64,000 nucleotides of DNA from Methanobacteriota archaeon. GTDB lineage: Archaea > Halobacteriota > Bog-38 > Methanoflorentales > Methanoflorentaceae. Shown here in pieces: positions 41,806-52,058 of the stretch. The notes below the pieces were generated by a model. It ran no database searches. It had not been told where the DNA came from and saw nothing but the letters and a program-made list of their open reading frames with translations. Both the position numbers and the translations under genes were made by a program. The DNA is taken from NCBI GenBank assembly GCA_963719035.1, contig CAVRAO010000012.1, positions 160,001 to 224,000 of the forward strand. Reading direction: 5' to 3'. Positions within the stretch are counted from its first letter, which is position 1. Each line of letters starts with the position of its first letter.

Positions 41806-42822
41806 ACGGTAAATCCAGTAATCTTCATCGCAAGTTTGGCTGTAATCTTTATCGGCAGCAGCCTCTTTACGAACGGCGTGGAATGGGTTGGATGTAAGTT
41901 CAAGCTTTCTGAGGGGGTCGTCGGCTCGGTGTTGGCTGCCATAGGGACGGCATTGCCAGAAACCATCGTCCCACTGATCGCTATTTTCTTTGTTGCGGGA
42001 CCGACAGGACAAGGTGTCGGCATCGGGGCGATATTAGGCGCGCCTTTTATGTTGGGAACCCTCGCCCTTTTTGTTACCGGTGTCGCCATAATTATTTTTA
42101 GACGTCGTCGAGTAATGGGGGCTGAAATTGCGTTTAATAGCACAATAACACGGCGGGATTTGGGCACCTTTTTCCTCGTGTACTTAGGTGCTGTGAGCGT
42201 CGCGCTCTTTGTGCCTCAGCCAATGAAACCGTTCACGGCCCCGTTCTTCGTAGCCGTTTACGTTGCGCACGTGTGGCGCATATTCAAAGCCGACGAGGGC
42301 GCATTAAAAGCACCGCTGCAGCCATTGAAGTTTGATTTGTGGGCAGCCCGATTAAAGAACGAGACTGCCCGCCAGCATCCATCATCATGGCTTGTAATTG
42401 GACAAACCGTCTTGTCAGTACTCCTTATAATAGCAGGCGCTCGGCTCTTTGTAAATCAAATTGTCAGCATCGCCGAGCAGCTCAACGCAAGTGCGACGCT
42501 GCTTGCGCTCGTTATCGCACCGATAGCAACGGAGCTCCCTGAAAAGCTGAACAGCGTCTTTTGGGTTAGACAAGGCAAGGATACGCTTGCACTCGGGAAC
42601 ATAACAGGGGCGATGGTGTTTCAGAGCTGCATTCCAGTGGCGTCTGGGATTGCATTCACCGCATGGACGCTTGGACCCGTTGAGCTATTTAGCGCGGCGC
42701 TTGCCCTCACAGCGGGCCTCTGGGTTTACGTGCTTGCTGCTAAAGGGAAGTTGACGGCACCGGCGCTCATCTTAAATGGAGTCTTTTATCTCCTGTTCAT
42801 CGCAGTTGTGCTTCGGGGCTAG
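41806..42822 (+). CDS. sodium:calcium antiporter (CaCA) family protein
   Basis: Alpha repeats GTALPE and ATELPE, LGNITGA; start uncertain (TTG 41836 or ACG 41806). Confidence 0.9.
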   Translation, partial: TVNPVIFIASLAVIFIGSSLFTNGVEWVGCKFKLSEGVVGSVLAAIGTALPETIVPLIAIFFVAGPTGQGVGIGAILGAPFMLGTLALFVTGVAIIIFRRRRVMGAEIAFNSTITRRDLGTFFLVYLGAVSVALFVPQPMKPFTAPFFVAVYVAHVWRIFKADEGALKAPLQPLKFDLWAARLKNETARQHPSSWLVIGQTVLSVLLIIAGARLFVNQIVSIAEQLNASATLLALVIAPIATELPEKLNSVFWVRQGKDTLALGNITGAMVFQSCIPVASGIAFTAWTLGPVELFSAALALTAGLWVYVLAAKGKLTAPALILNGVFYLLFIAVVLRG

Positions 42823-42988
42823 CGGTCTCAGGTTTGACGTCTTTCTGGTTTTTCCTACGCGCTCGATCAGTAGTCAAGCGAGGTAACCCTCTCGCTGACT
42901 CGAGAACATATGTCCCAGCAAGGTGTCTCCTAACACTTCCTATCGCTAAAAATGCAATAAGTCGAGCTTACTGCTTTTGCAAGGCAGT

Positions 42989-43489
42989 TCAAGCAACATT
43001 GCTTATCGCATCTTTAATATAGGGATATGCGTCGAACGTTTGGCTAAATGGGACGTTCACGTCTGTGACCAGGGCGTGGGCGTTGACGATCCCGCTCAGG
43101 TCTATCATGACGCTTTGAGCAAAGATCGTTTGGAACGTAGCGCTGATTGCAGAGCTAAAGAATATTGTAGACGTTATCGGGATTTCGACGCTTCCACGTG
43201 CCGGGACTTGGAATCCGCTAGAAGTGCCGTTGCTTAAGACTTGGCCGCCTTTTGCTAGGAGCAGGTCGTAGGTTAGTGAGTTGACAGTGACTCCAACGAC
43301 GTTTGGATTGTACAGCTTGATTACGAACGTTATCGTGAAACCCGAGCGTGACACGTTATCGATCGAGCGCACAGACACGCCTTCGACTTGGGGGGCTTGG
43401 AGTGTTAAAAAGAAGGCGGCCCCTGCGACAGCAATGACAATAATAACGACGGCGATTATGGCGGCAATAGTTCTTGTCCGCATAGCCAA
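42989..43489 (-). CDS. LEA type 2 (LEA14/WHy) family protein
   Basis: N-terminal TM, LYNPN motif, VPARGS. Confidence 0.85.
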   Translation of the reverse strand: MAMRTRTIAAIIAVVIIVIAVAGAAFFLTLQAPQVEGVSVRSIDNVSRSGFTITFVIKLYNPNVVGVTVNSLTYDLLLAKGGQVLSNGTSSGFQVPARGSVEIPITSTIFFSSAISATFQTIFAQSVMIDLSGIVNAHALVTDVNVPFSQTFDAYPYIKDAISNVA

Positions 43490-43709
43490 GCAATAGCCTT
43501 TTGACTATTTATATGAACCGAAACGAGCGCAAGCGTGACGGGTTAAAAAGCACACCGCAATGCGCTAAATAGCTTTTCTGGTCGTGGAATCAGACAGTAA
43601 GGAAAACGTAATATCGCTGTTCGCCGCTACAATAGGTACGCTCTGCGTTGTTTCAGTCTACCAAGGTGCGCCAGAGCATGTGTTATACTAACGCACAGGT
43701 CGAGCAGAA

Positions 43710-44060
43710 ATGCAATATGAAGAAGTCACGCGCCGTGATTGGGAGAGAACCGCGCTTTACCTTGCCGGTGGAATGTTACTCATTATGACTGCCGCAATTT
43801 TCCTTTCTGCAATTAACCGCATTATTGGGGCGATCATTTGGTTCGCCCTCATCGGTGTGGTGCTTACGATCTTGGTAAGTTGGCACACCAAAATGTACGC
43901 ATATAAGTGCAAACAGTGTGGAGAACAATTTGAGATCTCACCAGTAACGAATTTCGTCAGCCCTCAAGGCTTCGGCAAAAACGGTGCGTGGAAGTACCTC
44001 AAGTGCCCACGATGCAACAAACACGAGCGCGCTGAGGTTTTAAAGAAGGTCAACAGATGA
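43710..44060 (+). CDS. membrane protein with C-terminal zinc ribbon
   Basis: Two TM helices, then YKCKQCG...KYLKCPRC. Confidence 0.8.
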   Translation: MQYEEVTRRDWERTALYLAGGMLLIMTAAIFLSAINRIIGAIIWFALIGVVLTILVSWHTKMYAYKCKQCGEQFEISPVTNFVSPQGFGKNGAWKYLKCPRCNKHERAEVLKKVNR

Positions 44061-44092
44061 TTTGAGCGGCCCCTATTGCTGTTCGCGGTGTA

Positions 44093-44938
44093 TCATACGT
44101 TCCTTTCTTTCACAACCGTCTCGCCTGGCTTGTTTAAATCAAGCGTTGCCTCCACTTCTAACCGGACCATTTTTACGTGGATGCCTCCGTTTTCATCAGG
44201 TGGCCGTCGTTCCACGTACGCGTTGGCGATCTCTCCTACAAAATCCTCGCGCAACGCGTCAGGAAGGCGTTCCGTGTAAGGAAGGAAGACCGTGCGCAAC
44301 CAGCCAGTAAGCGCGCCTCTCCCGTCGTGTAACATATCCTTTGGGACCAACTGAACGCGTTTCGCAGAAAGGCCCGCCCGCTCAACGAAACCGCGGTATT
44401 CTTCGACGCTGTAGAAGAACCACGGGTAAGTGAAGTTTTTAAAATAGCCTTTCCAGCGGCTATGCGTTGTAAGCTCATTCGCCACGTCGGAAATCATCGC
44501 AGCATTGCCCTTCCCGCCGAACTGAAGGGCCGTCCGTCCGCCCGGCTTGAGGCTTCGCTTGATTCCGCTGAGCACAGCGAGATGATCGCTTACCCAGTGG
44601 AGGCTTGCAAACGACACGACGAGGTCGAACTCGCAACGATAAGAAAGGCGGGTCGCATTACCCCAGCGAAACTGCAGATTTGGATAACGGACGGGTGGAA
44701 ATCGCCGTTGGGCAAACGCAACCATGTTCTCAGACGAGTCGATCGCGAGCACGTGTCCCCTTGGAACGAGCGCTGCAAGCTCTGCAGTCACCTTTCCATC
44801 GCCGCAGCCGATGTCCAGTATTCGCTCATCGCCTGCGAGTTTTAGGGTTCGAATGACGTCGTGGGCCCACCGTTGCTGCGAAGATGAGTGTTTTTCGTAT
44901 TCAGCTGCATCCCAATTGTGCGCCACGTTCAGTTGCAT
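44093..44938 (-). CDS. class I SAM methyltransferase (trans-aconitate methyltransferase-like)
   Basis: WDAAEY..SSSQ, LDIGCGDG, SFASLHWV, LKPGG, VRLEV. Confidence 0.9.
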   Translation of the reverse strand: MQLNVAHNWDAAEYEKHSSSQQRWAHDVIRTLKLAGDERILDIGCGDGKVTAELAALVPRGHVLAIDSSENMVAFAQRRFPPVRYPNLQFRWGNATRLSYRCEFDLVVSFASLHWVSDHLAVLSGIKRSLKPGGRTALQFGGKGNAAMISDVANELTTHSRWKGYFKNFTYPWFFYSVEEYRGFVERAGLSAKRVQLVPKDMLHDGRGALTGWLRTVFLPYTERLPDALREDFVGEIANAYVERRPPDENGGIHVKMVRLEVEATLDLNKPGETVVKERNV

Positions 44939-45011
44939 CTCCTGTGGTTCAGTTCAGCGAGCGGCTTCAACGCCTCAATGCCCAGATACGAACAATCGAG
45001 GTGGTATAGAG

Positions 45012-46092
45012 TTACATTTCAAGCACGACTCTATAGTGAGCATCATTGTTGCGGACTCGCTGTACAGCACTGTTTATGTCCGTTTGGGGGAACACCTCGG
45101 ATCGTGCGACAATGTGATGACTCGCAGCGAATGCGAGCATCTCTCGCATCACGTCTCTTCCACCTGTTAAGGCTTCCGCTTATCGATTTCTGGCCACCAA
45201 CGAGAAAAGGCGCTGGAACCGCGACGCTGCTTACCTCGCCATGTGAGCGCAGCCGATTAACGATCGTCAAGTGGCCGTTGGGCCGCAGGGCCTCCATGTA
45301 GGATGACCACGGGAGGGGTGCAGAGGCTGTCGATAGTATGAAATCTAAGGTTCGTTTAGTCTCTTGCATCTCCTTTTCGTTACGGCTATTAACGAAGTGA
45401 TCCGCGCCAAAAGCAAATGAATCGTCTTCCTTTTGAGGGTGAGTTGAAAACGCGGTTACCTCGCAGTCTAAGGCGTGCGCGAATTGAAGGGCTATGTGTC
45501 CAAGGCCGCCGATGCCAACTATGCCGACGCGATGGTGGGGGCGGAGGCCAAAGCGCCTCATTGGTGCGTAGACTGTCAAGCCTGCGCACATAAGCGGCGC
45601 TGCACTTGCTGAATCGAGAGAATCTGGAATCGTAAAGGCGAACCGACTATCGGTGCGAACGAAATCAGCGAATCCGCCGTGCCTCTTAACACATGTGAGC
45701 ACCTTGTTTCGGCACAAGTTCTCGTATCCGCTCAGGCACCACTCGCAGTGCAAGCAGCTTCCCGATTGCCATCCGACGCCGACTCGTTGACCTGCGCTGA
45801 GCCGTTTAACCTTAAAGCCAGTCGCTCTTATTATACCGACGATTTCATGTCCTGGGACGAGTGGATAATGCGAAATGTTCCAGTCGTTATCGATGAGGTG
45901 TATATCGCTATGGCAGACCCCGCAATGGCTGACCTCGATGTCAATTTCGAATGGCCCTGGCTCTCGAAGTTCGTAGTCAAACGGACGAAGGGCCGCCCCT
46001 GGCCCTCGCGCGGCGAATGCGTGGATATGCATCTTTCGGTTTACCATGTTTGCCATATGTAGCATTTTATTGTTTGCCACGGCTGAGGTCAT
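45012..46092 (-). pseudogene. zinc-dependent NAD(P) alcohol dehydrogenase (CAD/Ahr-like), frameshifted near C-terminus
   Basis: CGVCHSD, GHE, CxxCxxC, GIGGLG; one extra base near 45171; the alternative frame reads TGGRDVMREMLAFAA...YRVVLEM to TAA at 45012; may be a sequencing error. Confidence 0.85.
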
Positions 46093-46174
46093 GACGTGAG
46101 GTTTTACACCCCCCTAAACGGTTATATATCAAAAAGCATAGCTTCAGATATATTGTAATACACGAGGAATCCCA

Positions 46175-46687
46175 GTGGCGAGACGAATATGGAAAGAGTG
46201 GGCGCACGACCAGTTTCTAGGGATGGCGCAGTTCGGTCCTCTCAAAATGGAACGCGGCAACATCAAGTTTTTTGTGCTTATGACGCTCCAGAAACAACCG
46301 CTCCACGGGTACGGCATTATAAGGGCGATTGAGGACGTGAGTGGCCACGCCCCGAGCGCAGGAGTGATCTATCCGACGCTCCAGATGCTTGAGGATCAGG
46401 GGTGCGTCACCATGCATGAGGAGGATCACAAGAAGATATACGCCATCACTGACGACGGGCGATTCTTCTTGGAGAAACACTGCGAAACGGTTGAGCGATT
46501 AAGCACGCGCGTTGCTCAGCCACGATGGAGTTCACTACCAGGCGTTGGCAGGCGCGTCGGAGAAATCGCGCGGACCGTCTTTTCCAACTACTCGTATCTC
46601 GACGACGAGAAGACTCGACAGATCGAGAATATCCTCGACGAGGCGAAGAGACAGATTGGCGAAGTGATTTTTGCGAGAAAGCGTTAA
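46175..46687 (+). CDS. PadR family transcriptional regulator
   Basis: HGYGII, PSAGVIYPTLQMLED, KKIYAITDDG. Confidence 0.93.
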   Translation: MARRIWKEWAHDQFLGMAQFGPLKMERGNIKFFVLMTLQKQPLHGYGIIRAIEDVSGHAPSAGVIYPTLQMLEDQGCVTMHEEDHKKIYAITDDGRFFLEKHCETVERLSTRVAQPRWSSLPGVGRRVGEIARTVFSNYSYLDDEKTRQIENILDEAKRQIGEVIFARKR

Positions 46688-46817
46688 GATGGCGCAGCGT
46701 TACGTCTGGAAACAGGGGCTTGATCGCCGACCTTTGCGAAGCTTGCCGTGTTAAGTTTTTCCGCAAGTAGAGAGCGCTGCCTTTTTATTCATTGCGCGAT
46801 CGCCAGGAGTTCACGGT

Positions 46818-48107
46818 TTGAAAGACTCAGATGACACAAGAGCACTCGAAACTGAAGCGGCTACGTCCGCTGCGACGGTTATTCCGCAGCGGAACCTTTT
46901 TCGACCTCAGACGTTCAAAGCGCTGCATTACCGCAACTTTGCGCTGCTTTGGGGCGGTATGCTCTTATCGAACACCGGCACATGGATGCAGATTATCGCG
47001 CAATCACTCCTCGTTTTGCAGCTTACGCAAAACTCAGGCGTTGCTCTTGGGATAATCTCGTTTGCCCAAGCCTCTCCGTTCTTGGTATTTTCGCTTGTCG
47101 GCGGGGGCGTGGCCGACAGGGTGGACAAGCGACGGTTGTTGTTGGTCACGCAAAGCCTGCAAATTGGCTACGCGTTTGCCTTGGGAATCCTAACTGTAAC
47201 AGGTCTCGTGCAGTTCTGGCATATCGTTGTATTGTCGGTGCTCGTCGGAATCACGCTTAGCTTCGACCAGCCGACCCGATTTGCCCTTATCCCCTCTATA
47301 GTGCCGCGTGAGGACCTTTCAAACGCGATATCGCTTAACACGATTCTTTTTAACGGCGCGGCGATTTTCGGGCCAGCGTTAGGTGGAGCGCTCGTTATGG
47401 TCATTGGCTATGCAGGCGTCTTCTTCGTTAATGGCCTGAGCTATGTCGCAGTTCTCATAGCGCTTCTTCTCATGAGGCTATCCCCAGTCATTACTTCGAG
47501 GTCTGGGTCGTTGTTTCGCACTATAAGGGGCGGTTTAACCCACATATTCCGCGACCGCTTTCTGGCAACGCTGCTCATCAACTTCGGGTCTTTACTGTTT
47601 TTCGGATCAACATATACGATACTGCTTGCGCTCTTCGCGGTGACTGAGCTCCGGACCACACCAGCAGGACTTGGCGTCCTTTACACGGCGATCGGGGTCG
47701 GAACCATCGTCGGTTCGCTTGCGCTGGCGTCGCTGGGCGACTTCCGACGCAAGGGGGAGCTCTTGATGATCTCGTCGATTTCGATGTCATTATCGGTGAT
47801 CGCTTTTTCGTTTCTTCACCTTTATTGGCTCTCATTCAGTTTGCTGCTCGTTGCCGGGGCGTCGCAAGCCGTTGTGTCAGCCGTATCAATCACACTCATG
47901 CAGCTCAACACGCCACGCAATATGATTGGTCTCGTGATGAGCATAAACACCCTCATTGTTATGGGAATACGACCGCTGGGTGCATTCCCCATTGGTGCTT
48001 TGAGCGCGGTTATCGGCGTTTCTGCCGCAATAGCTTCTGGCGCAGCGATAGCTTGTGTGATAAGTGTTTATCTATTCGCAGCCAACAAGCGGTTGCGATC
48101 AACGTAG
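46818..48107 (+). CDS. MFS transporter (DHA3/EntS-like)
   Basis: GTWMQ, GGVADRVDKRRLL, GPALGG; about 12 TM helices. Confidence 0.92.
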   Translation: MKDSDDTRALETEAATSAATVIPQRNLFRPQTFKALHYRNFALLWGGMLLSNTGTWMQIIAQSLLVLQLTQNSGVALGIISFAQASPFLVFSLVGGGVADRVDKRRLLLVTQSLQIGYAFALGILTVTGLVQFWHIVVLSVLVGITLSFDQPTRFALIPSIVPREDLSNAISLNTILFNGAAIFGPALGGALVMVIGYAGVFFVNGLSYVAVLIALLLMRLSPVITSRSGSLFRTIRGGLTHIFRDRFLATLLINFGSLLFFGSTYTILLALFAVTELRTTPAGLGVLYTAIGVGTIVGSLALASLGDFRRKGELLMISSISMSLSVIAFSFLHLYWLSFSLLLVAGASQAVVSAVSITLMQLNTPRNMIGLVMSINTLIVMGIRPLGAFPIGALSAVIGVSAAIASGAAIACVISVYLFAANKRLRST

Positions 48108-48673
48108 CGCTCAAAAAAGAAGCTTTTCTTTCAACTTTTTGGATGTTTTCAGCAGGATAAATTACTTAATTTTCGTGACTGCGGCGTGCGGAACGCGATA
48201 CATGTGTCGCCTTACTTAATTCACACCGCAGTATGAATCAGCCACACCTCTCCATATCGAACGTTCCCCTAGTTTTTCCACTCAATAGTTTCCGCTGTTT
48301 CCTCTGCATTTTGTGTCAGAAGACTGAGGTGGATAACGTATCTGAATGCCCGGATAGCGAAATTAGAAATTATCTCTTGACGTTTTTTTGCCTGATAGCG
48401 AGTAAAGCGCTTCCTGTTTTGACGGGGCCCATTGTGGCCTTCTTTCGTACTGGTCGCCACGTCACTTGGAAAATACAGTCGCAACGGAGCTCGAAACTAC
48501 TTAAAGCGGCCCTCTGGCGTGCGAAGTAAATCGCTTCTAATGGAGCGTTAGCGAGCCAATAGTCGCCTTGTGAATATGCGCGCACCGCGCCTCGTTTAGA
48601 AAAATAAAAATCTTGGTACGTTCAGACACCTTTATTGCGAGTCCAGATTTTAAAAAAAAGCGCAAAATACGAG

Positions 48674-48689
48674 CGAAAACGTTAAATAT
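48674..48689 (+). promoter_or_regulatory. BRE/TATA of duplicated ncRNA copy 2
   Basis: cgaaaacgTTAAATAt; same offset as in copy 1. Confidence 0.65.
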
Positions 48690-48713
48690 GATCTTGTAGA
48701 GCTTAATTATGTT

Positions 48714-48794
48714 GTGATTAACGGGAGCCGGGCTCGTGAATTGGCCTGCCTCGAAACACCGTCTTCTCTTACGGCTAACGGGCCCGTGTTCCGT
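48714..48794 (+). ncRNA. candidate small structured RNA, copy 2
   Basis: GGAGC-CGGGCUCG pairs with CGGGCCCG-U-GUUCC; inner UUGGCC/GGCUAA stem; followed by TTTTT. Confidence 0.7.
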
Positions 48795-49175
48795 CTTCGT
48801 TTTTAAATGTAGAGAATCTAAGTTGTTTTTTTCGTCTACAGATCTTAGAAATTCGTTTATTTTTAAACTATCTTTTTTTAGTTGGCAGCTGCTTAAATTT
48901 CTTCCGATTTTGTCTAGATATAGTCTGTTGAGACGCTTAAAAGTAAGTTAAGAAACGCCCAAGTATTTCGGAAGATTATCTCGAGAGCACGTGAATATAT
49001 CCTGTTAAAAATGCCGTTGCTATTATGAGGACCAATTTTAAAGTCTTTGCTCGTCTATTTCGCTGAGATCACTTGAAAATGTTCTTTGATTTCAAGAAAA
49101 TGCGCATTAAATCTAAATTGGTATATAACGCTCGAGGTAATGTATGTAACGCTATCACATAACGGAGGTGATTCA

Positions 49176-49487
49176 ATGACAGAAGCGAGAACAGTTAAAA
49201 GGATTCCTGTTGGGGCTGTGGCATTGATCGTTGCGGTGATTAGTGCTGTAATATCGTTCATTTATGGTATATTTTCAGCGGTTTTTATCCTTGGAGGCGC
49301 TGCAAGCATGAACACTATCTTGCCGGAAGGAGTGGGCATCGGTTCGGGTGCAACGTTAGGGATAACCGTCATCATCGCCGCTACTATTGGCGGTTTCATA
49401 GGCGGATACATTGTAACAGCAATCGCAGCACTCCTCTACAACTGGTTGGCCCCCAGAATCGGTGGTATCAAACTTGAATTCGAGTAA
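49176..49487 (+). CDS. small membrane protein (DUF3566-like C-terminus)
   Basis: GGAGGTGA SD; C-terminal LYNWLAPRIGGIKLE. Confidence 0.8.
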   Translation: MTEARTVKRIPVGAVALIVAVISAVISFIYGIFSAVFILGGAASMNTILPEGVGIGSGATLGITVIIAATIGGFIGGYIVTAIAALLYNWLAPRIGGIKLEFE

Positions 49488-49673
49488 TCGTGATATATTT
49501 TTTAGCCTCGATTGCTACGTTCCGACAATCGCGATTAACGCAAAAAACATAACCACCATTTTTTTATTTTTTAAGACGATAGTTAGTAATCTTACCGCGC
49601 TATCGTCTACGGTTCGCCCTTAGGCGTTAGCCGTGACTCTCTGCTGCGCCAATTCGAACTCTATCTAAGCTGA

Positions 49674-50252
49674 ATGAAAGCGTACCTATCGGACACTGAC
49701 ATGAAAGATAAGATCAAGCTTGATAACGCTGCAAGTACGGTTTTTGCCCCCCAACTCGTTGGCTTGGTAACTACCATAGATCGTACAAGTCAGCCTAACG
49801 TAGCGACCTTCGCTTGGGTAATGAGCACTTCGCACGACCCAGAGCTCATAGCAGTAAGCGTTTCTAAAGCGCGCTATACCTACGAGTGTTTAACTGATGA
49901 ATTTGTCATCAATTTGCCAACGAAGGAATTGGTCGAACAGGTATGGACCGTTGGAACCCTATCGGGGCGGAACGTGAACAAGTTTCATGTCGCCGGGTTG
50001 ACGCCCATTTCTTCCGAGATAGTAAAGCCACCCCGCATAGCTGAGTGTCTAACTCACATCGAGTGTCGAATCGTCAACACGCTAGAAACGGGCGACCATA
50101 CCATCTTTATCGGTGAAGTCGTGGCAAAATCGGGCGACCTCGATGCGATAAAGGACGGCACACTCAATGAGAACGTTGAGCCTTTGTTTCATCTTGGAGG
50201 CACAAAATTCCTTACTGGCCGGGAGCGCATTGATGTGAACAAGCTTGACTAG
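49674..50252 (+). CDS. flavin reductase family protein
   Basis: NVATFAW, EFVINLP, SGRNVNKF, PRIAEC..IEC, GDHTIFIGEV. Confidence 0.92.
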   Translation: MKAYLSDTDMKDKIKLDNAASTVFAPQLVGLVTTIDRTSQPNVATFAWVMSTSHDPELIAVSVSKARYTYECLTDEFVINLPTKELVEQVWTVGTLSGRNVNKFHVAGLTPISSEIVKPPRIAECLTHIECRIVNTLETGDHTIFIGEVVAKSGDLDAIKDGTLNENVEPLFHLGGTKFLTGRERIDVNKLD

Positions 50253-50501
50253 GGCAAATAAAGTTTTTAACTGGGTGACGAGATAACATAAGCCGCTGAG
50301 TGCAATGTTTCAACTATACAATAAGCGAGAGCCATCTGGTCGCCGACTTTCAAGCGGGCGTGATTCACTCTCTCTTAGAGACTTCGACTTCTTCGCTCAT
50401 TTTGACTTTGCGGCAGCAGTCAGTGGCGCAAGCGATGCTTCCAAAATCAGGACGAGGTGCGGCCACACCGGCACTGCGTCGCGCACATGGAGGGGTCAGC
50501 C

Positions 50502-52058
50502 GTGAGCGGAGCGCGAACTGTCGTCCTGCGACGAGAGGAGTTCGACGCCGTCGTGTTCGATATGGACGGGGTAGTCACCAAGACCGCCGCCGTCCATGCC
50601 ATCGCGTGGAAACGGCTCTTCGACGACTACATGGAGGAGCGCTCGCAGAGTACTGGCGAGGACTGGCGTCCGTTCGACGTGGAGGTCGACTACCGCCAGT
50701 ACGTCGACGGTAAACCGCGCTACGACGGGGTGCGCAGCTTCCTCGCCTCGCGAGGCATCGCCCTTCCCGAGGGCACGCCCGATCATGCCGCCAACGTGGA
50801 CACGGTGTGCGGGCTCGGGAACCGGAAGAACGGCTACTTCTTGGAGGAGCTCGAGCAGCATGGGGTGAGCGTGTTCGAGAGCACCGTTAGGCTCGTGCGC
50901 ATTCTCCACGGCGTCGGCATCGGGACCGCCATTATCTCGGCGAGCAAGAACGTGGCGCTCGTCCTCGGCGCCGGGGGCGTCGGCGACCTCTTCCCGGTCT
51001 GCGTGGACGGCATCACGGCGGCCGAGATGGGACTACCCGGCAAGCCCGATCCGGCCGTTTTCGTGGAGGCCGCGTGCAGGCTCGGCGCCAGCATAGAGCG
51101 CACCGTCGTCGTCGAAGACGCCCGCGCCGGTGTGAAGGCCGGCCGCCGGGGCGGCTTCGGCCTTGTGATCGGGGTCGACCGCACAGGCGATGCCGAGGGT
51201 CTGCTCGCCGCGGGTGCCGATGTGGTGGTCTCCGACTTGGCGGACGTGGTCGTGGACCCCCCTTTCAGTCCGTCCGCTCTGGTCTGTGCGGGCGACATCG
51301 ACCGGCGGCTCTGCCAGGCTACGCCGGCGCTCTTCCTCGACTACGACGGGACACTGACTCCGATCGTGGCACACCCGGACCTGGCCGTCCTCTCCGACGA
51401 CATGAGAGCGGTGCTCGAGCGTTTGGCTGCGCACTTTCCGGTGGCAATCATCAGCGGCCGCGAGCTAGCTGACGTTCGTCGGATGGTCGGCATCGACGGT
51501 ATCGTGTACGCGGGCTCGCACGGGTGCGATGTCGACGCCCCCGAGGCGCTGGGAGGGCGCGTCCAGCACGCACCCCTCGCGGCCAGCGACGACGTGGCGG
51601 CGGCGCGCGCCGCCCTCACAAGGAAGGTGGAGGACATTCCTGGAGCTTGGGTGGAGCACAAGACCTTCGCGGTAACGGTGCACTTCCGCCAGACGCCTCC
51701 CGACCAGGTGCCGCGCGTCATGGCCGCTTTCGATGAGGTCGCTCCCGTCTTCCCCGGACTGCGCAGGACCACCGGCAAGATGGTCCTCGAGCTGCGACCG
51801 GCCATCGCCTGTTACGACAAGGGCAAGGCGCTGCTGTGGCTGCTCGAGCGGCTGGAGACGGCCGTAGGGGCGTACGTGCCGGTCTACATCGGCGATGATA
51901 CCACCGACGAAGACGCGTTCCGGGCGATCGCCGGGCGCGGTGTGGGCGTGCGCATCGGCGACCCACACGATGTGACCGCCGCCGATTACAGCCTCGCCGA
52001 TGTGGGGGAGGTCCTGAAGCTCTTCCGCGCGCTCCTCGCTTTGGAGGAGCCGTCGTGA
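50502..52058 (+). CDS. otsB: beta-phosphoglucomutase-like HAD fused to trehalose-6-phosphate phosphatase
   Basis: FDMDGVVT, GKPDP, VEDA; then FLDYDGTL, ISGR, DKGKA, IGDDTTDEDAF. Confidence 0.9.
   Translation: MSGARTVVLRREEFDAVVFDMDGVVTKTAAVHAIAWKRLFDDYMEERSQSTGEDWRPFDVEVDYRQYVDGKPRYDGVRSFLASRGIALPEGTPDHAANVDTVCGLGNRKNGYFLEELEQHGVSVFESTVRLVRILHGVGIGTAIISASKNVALVLGAGGVGDLFPVCVDGITAAEMGLPGKPDPAVFVEAACRLGASIERTVVVEDARAGVKAGRRGGFGLVIGVDRTGDAEGLLAAGADVVVSDLADVVVDPPFSPSALVCAGDIDRRLCQATPALFLDYDGTLTPIVAHPDLAVLSDDMRAVLERLAAHFPVAIISGRELADVRRMVGIDGIVYAGSHGCDVDAPEALGGRVQHAPLAASDDVAAARAALTRKVEDIPGAWVEHKTFAVTVHFRQTPPDQVPRVMAAFDEVAPVFPGLRRTTGKMVLELRPAIACYDKGKALLWLLERLETAVGAYVPVYIGDDTTDEDAFRAIAGRGVGVRIGDPHDVTAADYSLADVGEVLKLFRALLALEEPS

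Noticed and set aside
48233-48951. Short ORFs in the MFS-downstream gap
   Set aside because: No SD or motifs, low-complexity composition; the 48736 ORF overlaps the candidate RNA
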